Shown: positions 1-9,838 of the stretch, one piece after another
Position numbering within the stretch: position 1 is the stretch's first letter
How the letters are laid out: every line of letters starts with the position of its first letter
From: Anaerolineae bacterium
GTDB lineage: Bacteria; Chloroflexota; Anaerolineae; JACIWR01
DNA: 64,000 bases
Assembly (NCBI GenBank): GCA_024653325.1
Contig: JANLFX010000003.1
Location: 11,334-75,333 of the forward strand
Reading direction: 5' to 3'
Notes under the pieces: model-generated
Told to the model about the DNA's origin: nothing
The model's input: only the letters and a program-made list of their open reading frames with translations
The model's database searches: none
Translations under genes and position numbers: made by a program

Positions 1-211
1 CAGTGCCATCGAAGAACACACCTTCGTGACCGAACAGGGAGTGGAAGTAAAGGCTACGATCAGTGTAGGCATCGCTGTTTTCCCCGGCGACGCGCGGGAC
101 ATCGCTGGCCTGATCAAAAAGGCGGACCGGGCTGCTTATCTGGCCAAGCGCATGGGCAAGAACCGGGTTTGCCTGTACGAGGACCGTACAGCGCGTGAGG
201 TCGAGGGCTGA
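1..211 (+). CDS. C-terminal end of a GGDEF-domain protein (partial, starts before the window)
   Basis: [13 protein letters not shown]...[20 protein letters not shown] is the typical GGDEF C-terminal signature. Confidence 0.85.
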   Translation, partial: SAIEEHTFVTEQGVEVKATISVGIAVFPGDARDIAGLIKKADRAAYLAKRMGKNRVCLYEDRTAREVEG

Positions 212-212
212 G

Positions 213-479
213 ATGAGGCCGCCTGCTGAGATTCGCCTGGATAACATACATCTGCCGCTGACCAGACTTGGTGGTCGAATGCGGTTTGCCATCTTGATCG
301 TGGTGTTTAACATCCTCTTGATCACCACCTTGCTTTTGGCTTTGCAACAGGGCGAGCTCAAGAGGGAGGTGATTACCCTGCAGGCCACGCGCATGGTATA
401 CGAGGAGCAAATCCGTACTGAGGTATTTACCCGTACTCAAGTCATCACCCGTGTCATTCCCTATGGGTCGCTGCCGTGA
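213..479 (+). CDS. Small single-pass membrane protein, unknown function
   Basis: ATG at 213 just after the GGDEF stop; hydrophobic RFAILIVVFNILLITTLLLAL; similar to the N-terminus of 1889..4174. Confidence 0.7.
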   Translation: MRPPAEIRLDNIHLPLTRLGGRMRFAILIVVFNILLITTLLLALQQGELKREVITLQATRMVYEEQIRTEVFTRTQVITRVIPYGSLP

Positions 480-556
480 AGAATCAGCGAGTGAGCGAAG
501 CAGCGAGGGCGCGCTGACTCGCTTTCCCAATAGATATCGGTGGGAGGGGATAACGA

Positions 557-1819
557 ATGGAATTTAGCCAAATATCTACCGAGCACGTGAAAATAGCCGA
601 GTTGAGCCGCAAGATCGGTCAGATTCTTGTTGAACGAGGTGATTACGAACAGGCTCTGCACCAGTTCCAGTTGGGTTTGCAATACCTGGAGGGCATCGAG
701 CACAATGAACTGGTGCGCATTTACAACGAGATCGGCCGCGTCTACTGGCATCAGGGCAGACTGGAAGAGGCTAAGATCTGGACCGAGAAAGCCTTCGAGT
801 TGGCCGAGAAATTGCTGGATCCGGATGAACTGGCCCGCTTACTTTATTTTGCCGGTATCCGTTACTTCCGCCAGGGTGAGAATAAACTGGCAGAGGATCA
901 TTGGTTGCGCAGTCTGGAAATCAGCCGCCAAACCGGCGACCTGGCCACCCAGGCCAAATTGTACCAAAACCTGGGATGGCAGGCCAAGTTGACTGGCCAC
1001 TATGCCCAGGCCCTGGAATACCTGGAACAGGGTAGAGTGCTGGCCAACGAGTGCAAAGACATCGCTTCTCTATCCTTTATCTACGAAACCCTGGGCGAGA
1101 CATATTATGCCCTGGGCAATTGGAACAAGGCTGTCGAGAGCCTGCAGGAAAGCCTCAATCTGGCGGAACAGGCCGGTTTACGCAAGGCTACCTCCCGTGC
1201 CTTCAGTGTCCTGGGTGACATCTACCGCAATCAGGGGCGCTGGGCCGAGGCCGATGAGTGCTATCAGCGCAGCCTGGCCTACATCACTCCCACCGGTAGC
1301 CCTCAGTCCCTGTTTGTGGTCAACCTGGGGCTGGGGCTGATCAGCATGGAGCGCGAGCGATACGACCAGGCCAGGGAATACTTCGATAAATGCTGGGAGA
1401 TCGCCAGCAAGGGCGCTGGTTTCACCAGTCGCATGGCCGCGGTGCAGTCCTACATGGGCGAGCTTGCCGTCCGCCTGAACAACCTGGAAGAAGCCGAGTC
1501 CCATTGCGCCGAGGCTGTCCGTCTGGCCCAAGAGGCCGATGCTCGTGCCGAATATGCCTACGCTGTCATGGTACAGGGCATGATCGCCACCAGACGCAAG
1601 CAATGGAACGAGGCCATGCTCCATTACAGCGAGGCCAAGCGCATCTTCGACGAGTTGGGAGATAAGTACAATCAGGGGTTGGTCGCTTTCGAGATAGGCA
1701 TGATGTTTGTGGCCCAAGGCGATAACGGACAAGCCAGGGCTTTCCTGGATCAGGCCCGCCGGATTTTCAGCGAGTTGGGTGCGAAATCCAAACTCGACAA
1801 GTTTCCCGCCGGCTATTGA
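557..1819 (+). CDS. Tetratricopeptide-repeat protein
   Basis: GGAGG RBS; repeated helical motifs such as AKLYQNLGW and AFSVLGDIYRNQGRWAEA. Confidence 0.9.
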   Translation: MEFSQISTEHVKIAELSRKIGQILVERGDYEQALHQFQLGLQYLEGIEHNELVRIYNEIGRVYWHQGRLEEAKIWTEKAFELAEKLLDPDELARLLYFAGIRYFRQGENKLAEDHWLRSLEISRQTGDLATQAKLYQNLGWQAKLTGHYAQALEYLEQGRVLANECKDIASLSFIYETLGETYYALGNWNKAVESLQESLNLAEQAGLRKATSRAFSVLGDIYRNQGRWAEADECYQRSLAYITPTGSPQSLFVVNLGLGLISMERERYDQAREYFDKCWEIASKGAGFTSRMAAVQSYMGELAVRLNNLEEAESHCAEAVRLAQEADARAEYAYAVMVQGMIATRRKQWNEAMLHYSEAKRIFDELGDKYNQGLVAFEIGMMFVAQGDNGQARAFLDQARRIFSELGAKSKLDKFPAGY

Positions 1820-1824
1820 CCAAC

Positions 1825-1860
1825 TTCCAACCTTCCAATCTTCTAATCTTCCAGCCTCTC
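1825..1860. repeat. Degenerate 8-bp tandem repeat (CTTCCAAC-like)
   Basis: ttccaac cttccaat cttctaat cttccagc; reverse-complement counterpart at 44985-45013. Confidence 0.7.
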
Positions 1861-1888
1861 ATGAGTTGGGGGGTAGCGAGATCGAGCC

Positions 1889-4174
1889 ATGATTGATGAT
1901 CCAAACCCCGGAATCGAATTATGGCGTAACCTGCGAGACCGCCTCAACCTGGACACCCGCTGGCGCTTTATCCTTCTTATCGGCCTGTTCAATTTCCTGC
2001 TCATCATCCTCGTTCTCCTCACCTTGCGCAACCAGGAAATTGTTTTGGAGATTCAGACCATCGAGCGGGAAATCCGCCAGGCGGTAGAAGTTTTGGCTAC
2101 CGTGCAGGCAGAGGTGGTGGAAGTGGTGTACATCACGGCTACCCCCAGCCCGACGGTGCAGATAATTGCCGCTGCCACTCATACTCTAACCCCAACAGAA
2201 GTGGTTCCTACCACTGCGCCGGTCACTCCCACCCCACTGCCCACCGAGTCACCGACCTCTACGCCCGCGCCGACTACAACCGTCACTCACACTCCTACTC
2301 CTATCCCGACGGCTACTCATTCCCCGACTCCTATTCCGACGTCTACTTACACGCCGACCCCAACGCCTACTCATACGCCTACTTTTACCCCCACTCCGGT
2401 GACCCCTACTCCAACGACCACTGACACGCCCACCCCCAGCGCCCCGGGCGTCAGCAGTATCACTCCACCCTCGGGCTCGGTGGATGACAGCGCATTGGCG
2501 GTGACCATCACGGGCGCGAACTTTCAACCCGGCGCGAGTGCTCTGCTGCAGCAGGGCGGCTCGATTATCCCCGCTACCGGCGTGACCGTGGTGGATGACG
2601 CGCACATCACTTGTACGTTTGATCTCAGCGGCCAGGCCCTGGGGAGCTGGGACGTGGTAGTGATTAACCCTGATAGCCGGTCAGGTACCTTGCCGGGTGG
2701 TTTCACCGTGGTGCACGGTGCGCTGCACCATTTCACCTTTGATCCCATAACCCAGCAGGTGATCAACGCGAACTTCCCCATCACGATCACGGCCAGAGAT
2801 CAGTACAACAATCTGGCTTCCAGCTACACGGCGGCGGCCACGCTCGATGACACGACCGCCACCATCAGCCCGACTGGCACCTCGAACTTCACTGCTGGAG
2901 TCTGGAATGGCCCGGTGGTCATTGGCGCGGTGGGGACGGACATCGTGATTACGGCCACGTCCGGCGTGGTAGGCGCGAGCAACCCCTTCACTGTGACCCA
3001 TCCCACGCCCATCGTGCTGGGCATTACCCCCAACGAGGGGCTCTCCACCGAGACGACTCCGGCGATTATTACCGGCACGAACTTCGCGGCCACGCCAGAC
3101 GTGCTCATTGGCAGTACCTCTCTGACGCCGACCATCACCTGGGTGGATGGGACTACCCTGAACGGCACCGTCCCGGCTGGATTATCCCCTGGGATATATA
3201 ACGTAACCGTGCGCAACCCCGGCCCGACGAATCCCTCCGGTACGCTGGAGCACGCTTTCACCGTGCGGGATGCGATCACCCAGCCGTACCAGGTGCTGGA
3301 TTACGCCAGACTGCGTACAAACGGGTTGGGTAATGGAGATAGTGATGGGGATAATGACAAGGTACAGGTCATCTTCTTTGAGTTTCCGGACAGCCTGCCG
3401 TCTGACACTACTCTGTATTTTAACATCTTCGACCCAGATTGTGGCGGGTCAGTTGACACCGCCGGGTGCGGCATGAGCACCACCTTCAGTGTCCTGGGTG
3501 GTGAAGGCGCTTATACCAACAATTTGTCTCGCGCACCTTTCTTCAACGGCACTAACCGGGCCGGCGTTCTGGCTGGCACCCTGCTCATCAGCCGCACTTT
3601 TGGGGCCGATCCCACAGACGGTACATGGGTGGCGCTGAATACCGAGCCCATTACCATTACCCTGGGAGAGCCAGTTGATGGTAAATACATCTTCAAGCTG
3701 GCAGTGGAGGGTCTGAGTGGCAGCGGTGGAAATATCTACGATGTCTCTATCGGCACATCACCGGCCACGACAAACACCGTGCCCTCCGGCACTCGTGTCT
3801 TTGCCTATGGTTTGACTTTCGAAACACCCATGTCGGCACGGCCACACTTGTATCCATACGTCGCAGCGAGCATGACACAGGTCACTCAGTACAACTTTGA
3901 TTTCGATGCTCCACCTGGCACCATGACCTTCACCACGCCATCGGGCCAAGCACTTGCTTTGGCTGTGAGTGGTGATGGGGTCTGGGCCTCATCCTCCCAC
4001 ACCGCCGCTGCGGAAGACCACGACGCCACCTGGACGGTGAACATAGAGAGTGGATTCGGATTCGATAACTGCGTCACTTTCTACGCCACCGATCAGAACG
4101 GCAACGCCCTGGCCATCTTCGGCCAGCCGTACGGCGGGGCGCCACCACCCCTGCCCGGCGGGACCGCTCCGTAA
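1889..4174 (+). CDS. Membrane-anchored surface protein: N-terminal TM, Pro/Thr-rich stalk, IPT/TIG-like Ig domains, uncharacterised C-terminal domain
   Basis: TM helix, about 100 aa of TPTP repeats, IPT-like motifs ITGANF..GA/WDVVVINPD and ITGTNF/YNVTVRNP. Confidence 0.85.
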   Translation: MIDDPNPGIELWRNLRDRLNLDTRWRFILLIGLFNFLLIILVLLTLRNQEIVLEIQTIEREIRQAVEVLATVQAEVVEVVYITATPSPTVQIIAAATHTLTPTEVVPTTAPVTPTPLPTESPTSTPAPTTTVTHTPTPIPTATHSPTPIPTSTYTPTPTPTHTPTFTPTPVTPTPTTTDTPTPSAPGVSSITPPSGSVDDSALAVTITGANFQPGASALLQQGGSIIPATGVTVVDDAHITCTFDLSGQALGSWDVVVINPDSRSGTLPGGFTVVHGALHHFTFDPITQQVINANFPITITARDQYNNLASSYTAAATLDDTTATISPTGTSNFTAGVWNGPVVIGAVGTDIVITATSGVVGASNPFTVTHPTPIVLGITPNEGLSTETTPAIITGTNFAATPDVLIGSTSLTPTITWVDGTTLNGTVPAGLSPGIYNVTVRNPGPTNPSGTLEHAFTVRDAITQPYQVLDYARLRTNGLGNGDSDGDNDKVQVIFFEFPDSLPSDTTLYFNIFDPDCGGSVDTAGCGMSTTFSVLGGEGAYTNNLSRAPFFNGTNRAGVLAGTLLISRTFGADPTDGTWVALNTEPITITLGEPVDGKYIFKLAVEGLSGSGGNIYDVSIGTSPATTNTVPSGTRVFAYGLTFETPMSARPHLYPYVAASMTQVTQYNFDFDAPPGTMTFTTPSGQALALAVSGDGVWASSSHTAAAEDHDATWTVNIESGFGFDNCVTFYATDQNGNALAIFGQPYGGAPPPLPGGTAP

Positions 4175-4212
4175 TTCTCCACTAAGGTGACCGTCACCTG
4201 TTGTGTCCCCGC

Positions 4213-4240
4213 TTGACTATATGCCCAAGTCCGTTATAAT
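4213..4240 (+). promoter_or_regulatory. Sigma70-like promoter of the prfA operon
   Basis: TTGACT-N16-TATAAT. Confidence 0.65.
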
Positions 4241-4309
4241 AGAATCAAAACATTCCGGGCTTGCTCTCACGTGTGCCTTTTGGCAAGCCCCTGAAGGAGT
4301 TGAAGTTAT

Positions 4310-5386
4310 ATGTTAGAGAAATTGGCCCTCGTGGCCGAACGCTACGAGGAATTGAACCACCTGATGGCGGATCCAGAAGTGGCCACTGACCCGGACCGCC
4401 TGACCGAATACGCCCAGGAACAGGCTGAGATCGAGCCTTTGGTGCAGACGTACCATCAGTATAAGTCTGTTCTCGAGGAATTGACCCAGACGGAGTCCAT
4501 GCTGCACGACGATGGCCTGGGCGAGGACATGCGGGAACTGGTTGTCGAGGAGCTGGAGGGGCTACAAACCCGCCGTGCCGAGTTGGAAGAGAAATTGCAG
4601 AAGATGCTCCTGCCCAAAGACCCCAACGACGAGAAGAACGTCATTATGGAGATTCGCGCTGGCACCGGCGGGGATGAGGCCGGGCTTTTCGCCGCTGACC
4701 TGTACCGCATGTACACCCGCTACGCGGAATCCCAGGGCTGGGACACGGAATTGCTTAGCGCCCACGAGACGGGCATCGGTGGGTTCAAAGAAGTGATTTT
4801 CATGGTCAAGGGTAAAGGAGCCTATTCGCGCCTGAAGTACGAGAGTGGCGTGCACCGCGTACAGCGCGTGCCGGTCACCGAGGCCAGCGGCCGCATTCAC
4901 ACCTCAACGGCCACCGTGGCCGTGCTCCCAGAGATGGATGAGATCGAGGTCGAGGTGAACCCTGACGACCTGCGCATTGACGTGTACTGCTCGTCCGGAC
5001 CGGGCGGCCAGCACATGCAGAAAAACGCCACTGCCGTGCGCATCACTCACCTGCCGACAGGCATGGTTGTCTCCTGCGAAAGCGAACGGTCCCAGCTACA
5101 GAACAAGCTGCGGGCCATGGCCGTCCTCCGCTCCCGCCTGTACGCGATGGAAGAAGAGCGTCAGCGCGAGGAACGGGGCGAGGCCCGCCGTTTGCAGGTC
5201 GGCAGCGGGGAGCGCAGCGAGAAAATCCGCACCTACAATTTCCCGCAGAGCCGCATCACCGACCACCGCATCGGTTTCACTACCCATCGCCTGGTTGGCG
5301 TTCTGGATGGTGACCTGGATGAACTCATTGACGAACTGACCGCTGCCGAGGAGGCCAGATTACTGGAATCCATCGCCGAGGGGTAA
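4310..5386 (+). CDS. prfA: Peptide chain release factor 1
   Basis: [22 protein letters not shown] (PxT motif), [15 protein letters not shown]. Confidence 0.97.
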   Translation: MLEKLALVAERYEELNHLMADPEVATDPDRLTEYAQEQAEIEPLVQTYHQYKSVLEELTQTESMLHDDGLGEDMRELVVEELEGLQTRRAELEEKLQKMLLPKDPNDEKNVIMEIRAGTGGDEAGLFAADLYRMYTRYAESQGWDTELLSAHETGIGGFKEVIFMVKGKGAYSRLKYESGVHRVQRVPVTEASGRIHTSTATVAVLPEMDEIEVEVNPDDLRIDVYCSSGPGGQHMQKNATAVRITHLPTGMVVSCESERSQLQNKLRAMAVLRSRLYAMEEERQREERGEARRLQVGSGERSEKIRTYNFPQSRITDHRIGFTTHRLVGVLDGDLDELIDELTAAEEARLLESIAEG

Positions 5387-5392
5387 ACTAAC

Positions 5393-6259
5393 GTGTACGA
5401 ACCGATGTCTGAGGTGAGCACGGCCCTCCGGTGGGCAACGGATCGTCTGCACACATCCGGTGTGGATGACCCTCGCCTGGACGCGGAAATCCTGTTGGCG
5501 CACGTCCTGCAGGTGGACCGCAGCTACCTCCTGGCCCATCCGGAGCGGAATCTGAGCGCCACCGAGGGTGCTTGTTATCGCCAGCTCATTGCCCGCCGCG
5601 CGCAACACGAGCCCGTGGCTTACCTGGTGGGCCATCAGGAATTCTACGGGCTCGATTTCTTTGTCAGCCCGGCAGTGCTTATCCCCCGCCCGGAGACCGA
5701 ACTGCTCGTCGAAGCGGCTGTTGTCTTGGGGCGTGCATCGCCGAGGCGACCCTGGATCGCCGCCGACGTGGGTACCGGCAGTGGGGCCATCGCTGTCAGT
5801 CTGGCGATGAACGTGCCTCACGCTCGTGTCTATGCCACAGATATATCCACCGAAGCCCTGACCATCGCCGGGGAGAACTGCCGTCGCCACGGGGTCAGCG
5901 AGCGCGTGACGCTGCTCGGCGGTCACCTGCTGGTTCCTCTGCCCGAACCGGTGGATTGCATCGTCGCCAATCTGCCCTACGTCAGCTACGAGGAATGGGA
6001 ATCCTTGCCTGTGGGCATCGTTGCTTATGAGCCGCGTCTGGCCCTTGACGGCGGTGTCCACGGCCTGGAACGCATTGGTGACTTGTTGGCTTCTGCTGAA
6101 CCGTACCTGCGCCCCGGTGGGGTGATCCTTTTGGAAATCTGGGCCACGCAAGGAGCGGCAGTGGTCGGGTTGGCTGAGAAATGTTTTCCCCAGGCTCAAG
6201 TGGACCTTTTGCGCGATTATGCCGGCCTGGACCGCGTGGTACGTATCCGAGCAATTTGA
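5393..6259 (+). CDS. prmC: Release factor glutamine methyltransferase (start may be ATG 5405)
   Basis: LIPRPETE, DVGTGSG, NLPY; directly after prfA. Confidence 0.95.
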   Translation: MYEPMSEVSTALRWATDRLHTSGVDDPRLDAEILLAHVLQVDRSYLLAHPERNLSATEGACYRQLIARRAQHEPVAYLVGHQEFYGLDFFVSPAVLIPRPETELLVEAAVVLGRASPRRPWIAADVGTGSGAIAVSLAMNVPHARVYATDISTEALTIAGENCRRHGVSERVTLLGGHLLVPLPEPVDCIVANLPYVSYEEWESLPVGIVAYEPRLALDGGVHGLERIGDLLASAEPYLRPGGVILLEIWATQGAAVVGLAEKCFPQAQVDLLRDYAGLDRVVRIRAI

Positions 6260-6303
6260 CGGTAGATACAGCCCACGCAATATGCAACACGGAATACGCA
6301 ACA

Positions 6304-7125
6304 ATGGACCATCAACCACGATACAAACTACTCGCCGCCGATTTAGACGGCACCCTTATCGGTGAGGACTTTGTCCTCTCGCCCCGGGTGAAAAACGCTA
6401 TTCGCCGGGTCATAGAGCGAGGTGTGCATGTTACCCTGGCCACAGGTAGGGAATACACGGCCACGGTTCAGTATGCCCGGGAACTGGGCATTACTACGCC
6501 GCTCATCTGTTACCAGGGGGGACAGATATACGATCCCAACAGTGGAGAAATTCTCCACACCGTGACCATGCCCCGGGATCTGGCCGAAGAGGCCATCCAT
6601 CTGGCATGGGAACGGCAGTGGACTCTGGCTTTGTATGTGGGCGAGCGGATTTTCTTGAACAATACCCAAAAGCTGCCCGAAATGTTCAAGCCATTGGTGG
6701 GGGTTACCGCGCAGTATGTTCCCGATCTCACCACTGTCCTCGACGGCCAACTTTTCAAGTTTATTGTCATTGTGGAGGAAGCAGAGGGCAATCGTGTTGA
6801 AGAGGAACTACGCGCGCGTATGGATGGTCGTTTGCACATCGTGCGCAGCCATCGCTTTTTCGTGGAAGGCAACCCGCTACAGGCTACCAAAGGCCAGGCG
6901 CTGGCTCGCCTGGCTGGATGGCTGGGGATAGCCCGTTCTGAAGTGATGGCTATCGGCGACCAGGGCAACGACATTGATATGGTGGCCTGGGCTGGCCTGG
7001 GTGTGGCCATGGGCAACGCCGTGCCCCAGGTCAAGGCCGTGGCCGATTACATCGCTCCGCCAGTGGACGAAGATGGGGCGGCGGTGGCGATTGAACGCTT
7101 CTTGCTTGACGTAACATGGACTTAA
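6304..7125 (+). CDS. Cof-type HAD-IIB hydrolase
   Basis: DLDGTL, LATGR, GDQGNDIDM, GVAMGNA; start placed at ATG 6304. Confidence 0.92.
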   Translation: MDHQPRYKLLAADLDGTLIGEDFVLSPRVKNAIRRVIERGVHVTLATGREYTATVQYARELGITTPLICYQGGQIYDPNSGEILHTVTMPRDLAEEAIHLAWERQWTLALYVGERIFLNNTQKLPEMFKPLVGVTAQYVPDLTTVLDGQLFKFIVIVEEAEGNRVEEELRARMDGRLHIVRSHRFFVEGNPLQATKGQALARLAGWLGIARSEVMAIGDQGNDIDMVAWAGLGVAMGNAVPQVKAVADYIAPPVDEDGAAVAIERFLLDVTWT

Positions 7126-7154
7126 GCCCGTGTTGCGTGGATGTATATGTATAG

Positions 7155-7784
7155 ATGGAGACACGCATCCTTTCTGCAGATGATCCTGCTGCCCTGTCCG
7201 TTGCTCTGGACATCCTGCGCCAGGGCGGGGTGATCGCTTTCCCTACCGATACGGTGTATGGCGTAGGCGCGCATGCCTTCCAGCCGGAGGCGGTGGAGTC
7301 GTTGTACGTGGTCAAGGGGCGCCCTGCGGAAAAGGCCATCCCCCTGCTTATCGCCAGCGCCGACGATTTGTTTCTCGTTGCTGCCGAGGTGCCCGAGGCC
7401 GTCTACCGGCTGGCCGCCCGTTTCTGGCCCGGCGGGTTGACCCTGGTCGTGCCTCGGCATCCTTGCGTGCCCGAGGCAGTGAGCCCTGGTCCCACGGTGG
7501 CCGTGCGCGTCCCGGATCATCGCTGTCCGCTGGCCTTGATCGCCGCCCTTGGCGCTCCCCTGGCAGCCACCAGTGCCAACCTCAGCGGGCAGCCCAGTCC
7601 CGCCACCGCCGAACAGGTGCTCGTCCAGCTCGGTGACCGCATCGCTTTGATCCTGGACGGCGGGCCCTGTCCCGGCGGCGTGCCCTCCACCGTGGTAGAT
7701 GTGACCGTGGACCCGCCGGTGATCCTGCGCCACGGGGCTATCAGCGCGGAAGTAATCCTCGATGCCCTGCGGAACCTGAGGTGA
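7155..7784 (+). CDS. tsaC: L-threonylcarbamoyladenylate synthase (YrdC/Sua5 family)
   Basis: FPTDTVYG, KGRP, WPGGLTLV, ATSANLSG. Confidence 0.93.
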   Translation: METRILSADDPAALSVALDILRQGGVIAFPTDTVYGVGAHAFQPEAVESLYVVKGRPAEKAIPLLIASADDLFLVAAEVPEAVYRLAARFWPGGLTLVVPRHPCVPEAVSPGPTVAVRVPDHRCPLALIAALGAPLAATSANLSGQPSPATAEQVLVQLGDRIALILDGGPCPGGVPSTVVDVTVDPPVILRHGAISAEVILDALRNLR

Positions 7785-7799
7785 GAGGAATAGCATTTT

Positions 7800-8894
7800 A
7801 TGCTCATCGGGATTGACGCCAGCCGCGCCGCCCGCGCCCGGCGCACCGGCACCGAAAACTACGCCCTGCACCTGATCCGTGGCTTGCTGACACTGGATCG
7901 GTCGCATCACTATCGCCTGTATTTTAACCGGCGGCCCCCGCCGGGATTGTTCGTACCTGGTCCCAATTGGGAGCCGCGGGTCATACCTTTCCCCCGCCTG
8001 TGGACCCACGTGCGCCTCTCGTGGGAGATGGCATGGAGGCCACCGGACGTGCTTTTTGTCCCCGCCCATGTTTTGCCGGTGATCCATCCCCGGCGCAGCC
8101 TGGTTACTGTGCACGACCTGGGTTATCGGTACTACCCGACTGCACATCGTCCCCTGGACAGGCTCTACCTTGACCTCTCCACTCGTTATCATACTCGCGC
8201 CGCTTCCCACATCCTGGCCGATTCCCAGGCCACGCGAAACGACCTGGTCCGTGAGTACGGTGCCGACCCGACGCGCATTACCGTCGTCTACCCTGGTGTG
8301 GACGAGAGCCTGGGCCGGGTGGACGATCCGGTGGCCATTGCTGCCGTGCGCGGGAAATACGGCATCCACGGCACATATGTGCTCTACGTTGGCACTCTGC
8401 ACCCGCGCAAGAACCTGGTGCGTCTCATCGAGGCATTCTCGATTCTGGAATCCGATGTAGAACTGGTCATCGCCGGGCAGAAGGGCTGGCTCTACGATAG
8501 CATTTTCGCCCGCGTGCGAGAGTTGGGCTTGGAACAGCGGGTGGTTTTCCCCGGCTACGTGGCTGACGTTGACCTGCCAGCATTGCTCTCTGGGGCACGG
8601 GTTTTCGTTTTCCCATCGCTGTATGAGGGTTTTGGCTTCCCGGTGCTGGAGGCAATGGCCTGTGGTGTGCCTGTGGTGTGTAGCAATGCTTCATCGCTAC
8701 CGGAAGTGGCCGGAGACGCGGCGCTGCTGGTGGACCCGCTAGATGTGAAAGCCTGGGGGGTGGCGCTGGAGCGTGCGCTCACGGATGAGGAACTGCGATC
8801 GGAATTGATCAGCCGGGGATATGCGCAGGTGCGGCGCTTCTCGTGGACACGCGCCGCCGGGGAAACATTAAGAGCTATTGTAGGACAGGCTTAA
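7800..8894 (+). CDS. Family 4 glycosyltransferase
   Basis: TVHDL, PRKNL, FPSLYEGFGFPVLEAMACG. Confidence 0.93.
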   Translation: MLIGIDASRAARARRTGTENYALHLIRGLLTLDRSHHYRLYFNRRPPPGLFVPGPNWEPRVIPFPRLWTHVRLSWEMAWRPPDVLFVPAHVLPVIHPRRSLVTVHDLGYRYYPTAHRPLDRLYLDLSTRYHTRAASHILADSQATRNDLVREYGADPTRITVVYPGVDESLGRVDDPVAIAAVRGKYGIHGTYVLYVGTLHPRKNLVRLIEAFSILESDVELVIAGQKGWLYDSIFARVRELGLEQRVVFPGYVADVDLPALLSGARVFVFPSLYEGFGFPVLEAMACGVPVVCSNASSLPEVAGDAALLVDPLDVKAWGVALERALTDEELRSELISRGYAQVRRFSWTRAAGETLRAIVGQA

Positions 8895-8905
8895 GCCTGC
8901 CCTAC
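8880..8905. repeat. GTAG-type REP palindrome spanning the stops of two convergent genes
   Basis: GTAGGACAGGCTTAAGCCTGCCCTAC; near-identical copy at 20311-20336. Confidence 0.8.
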
Positions 8906-9799
8906 CAAAACTACGGCCATGGCTGTGGAATAAAGACGGGTTTCTGGGGTATCGGCCCGCGAGTTGATGATAATAGGCACCCTGGCTCCGACAACCAGGC
9001 CGGCCATTTTGCCGTGAGCCAGATACTGGATGGCCTTGGCGGCGGTGTTGCCTGCTTCTACGCCGGGAACAATGACAATGTTCGCCCGCCCGGCCACCGG
9101 CCCCCCCACACCTTTGAGTCGGGCGGCTTCAGGGCGAACGGCCACATCCAAAGGCATGGGACCATCTACAATAGCTCCCTCCACCCAACCCTGTTCGGCC
9201 ATTTTGGCCAGGGCCAGGGCCTCGATGGAGACCGGCATCTTGGGATGCACAACCTCGCTGGCGGCCAGGATGGCTACGCGGGGCCTTTTCAAACCGAATT
9301 TGTGCGCCACTTCGACCACGTTCTGGATAATGATCAGTTTCTGATGGATGGTGGGATAAAGCACCACCCCGCTATCGCTCAGGTAAAGGATGCGGTCGTA
9401 ACCGGGGATCTCGAATAATCCCACGTGGGTAAGCAAGCCCTTTTCCCGAATGCCTGTCTCCCGGTCCAGAGCCGCTCCCAGAAACTGATCGGTCTTGATC
9501 TGCCCCTTGACGGCCACGTCGGCTTCGCCGGCGCGAACCAGGGCCATTACCTGACGGGCTGCCGCATTAGGATCGGGCTCGTGGGTGATGGTCATCCTCG
9601 CCAGGGAAAGATTTTCCTGGTGGGCGATGCTCTCGATCATCGCCTGGTCTCCTATCAAGTGCGCTGTAGCGATACCCAGTTCGTACAATTCCGCTGCCGA
9701 GGTCAGTACCGAGGCATCGGCTGCGGCGGCGACGGCAATACGCTTTGGGCCCACGGCCCGGGCGGCTGCTATCAATTCTTCAAAATTGTTGATCGCCAT
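8891..9799 (-). CDS. Phosphate acetyl/butyryltransferase family protein
   Basis: KGQIKT, VDGPMPLDVAV, GVEAGN, PIIINSRAD; start at ATG 9799 with GGAG RBS. Confidence 0.88.
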   Translation of the reverse strand: MAINNFEELIAAARAVGPKRIAVAAAADASVLTSAAELYELGIATAHLIGDQAMIESIAHQENLSLARMTITHEPDPNAAARQVMALVRAGEADVAVKGQIKTDQFLGAALDRETGIREKGLLTHVGLFEIPGYDRILYLSDSGVVLYPTIHQKLIIIQNVVEVAHKFGLKRPRVAILAASEVVHPKMPVSIEALALAKMAEQGWVEGAIVDGPMPLDVAVRPEAARLKGVGGPVAGRANIVIVPGVEAGNTAAKAIQYLAHGKMAGLVVGARVPIIINSRADTPETRLYSTAMAVVLVGQA

Positions 9800-9838
9800 G
9801 CTTTCTCCTCGTACAGGGCAGGTTTCCAAACCTGCCGC

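Noticed and set aside
2170..2440. Pro/Thr-coding low-complexity DNA as a distinct repeat element
   Set aside because: An ordinary TPTP linker inside a surface protein.
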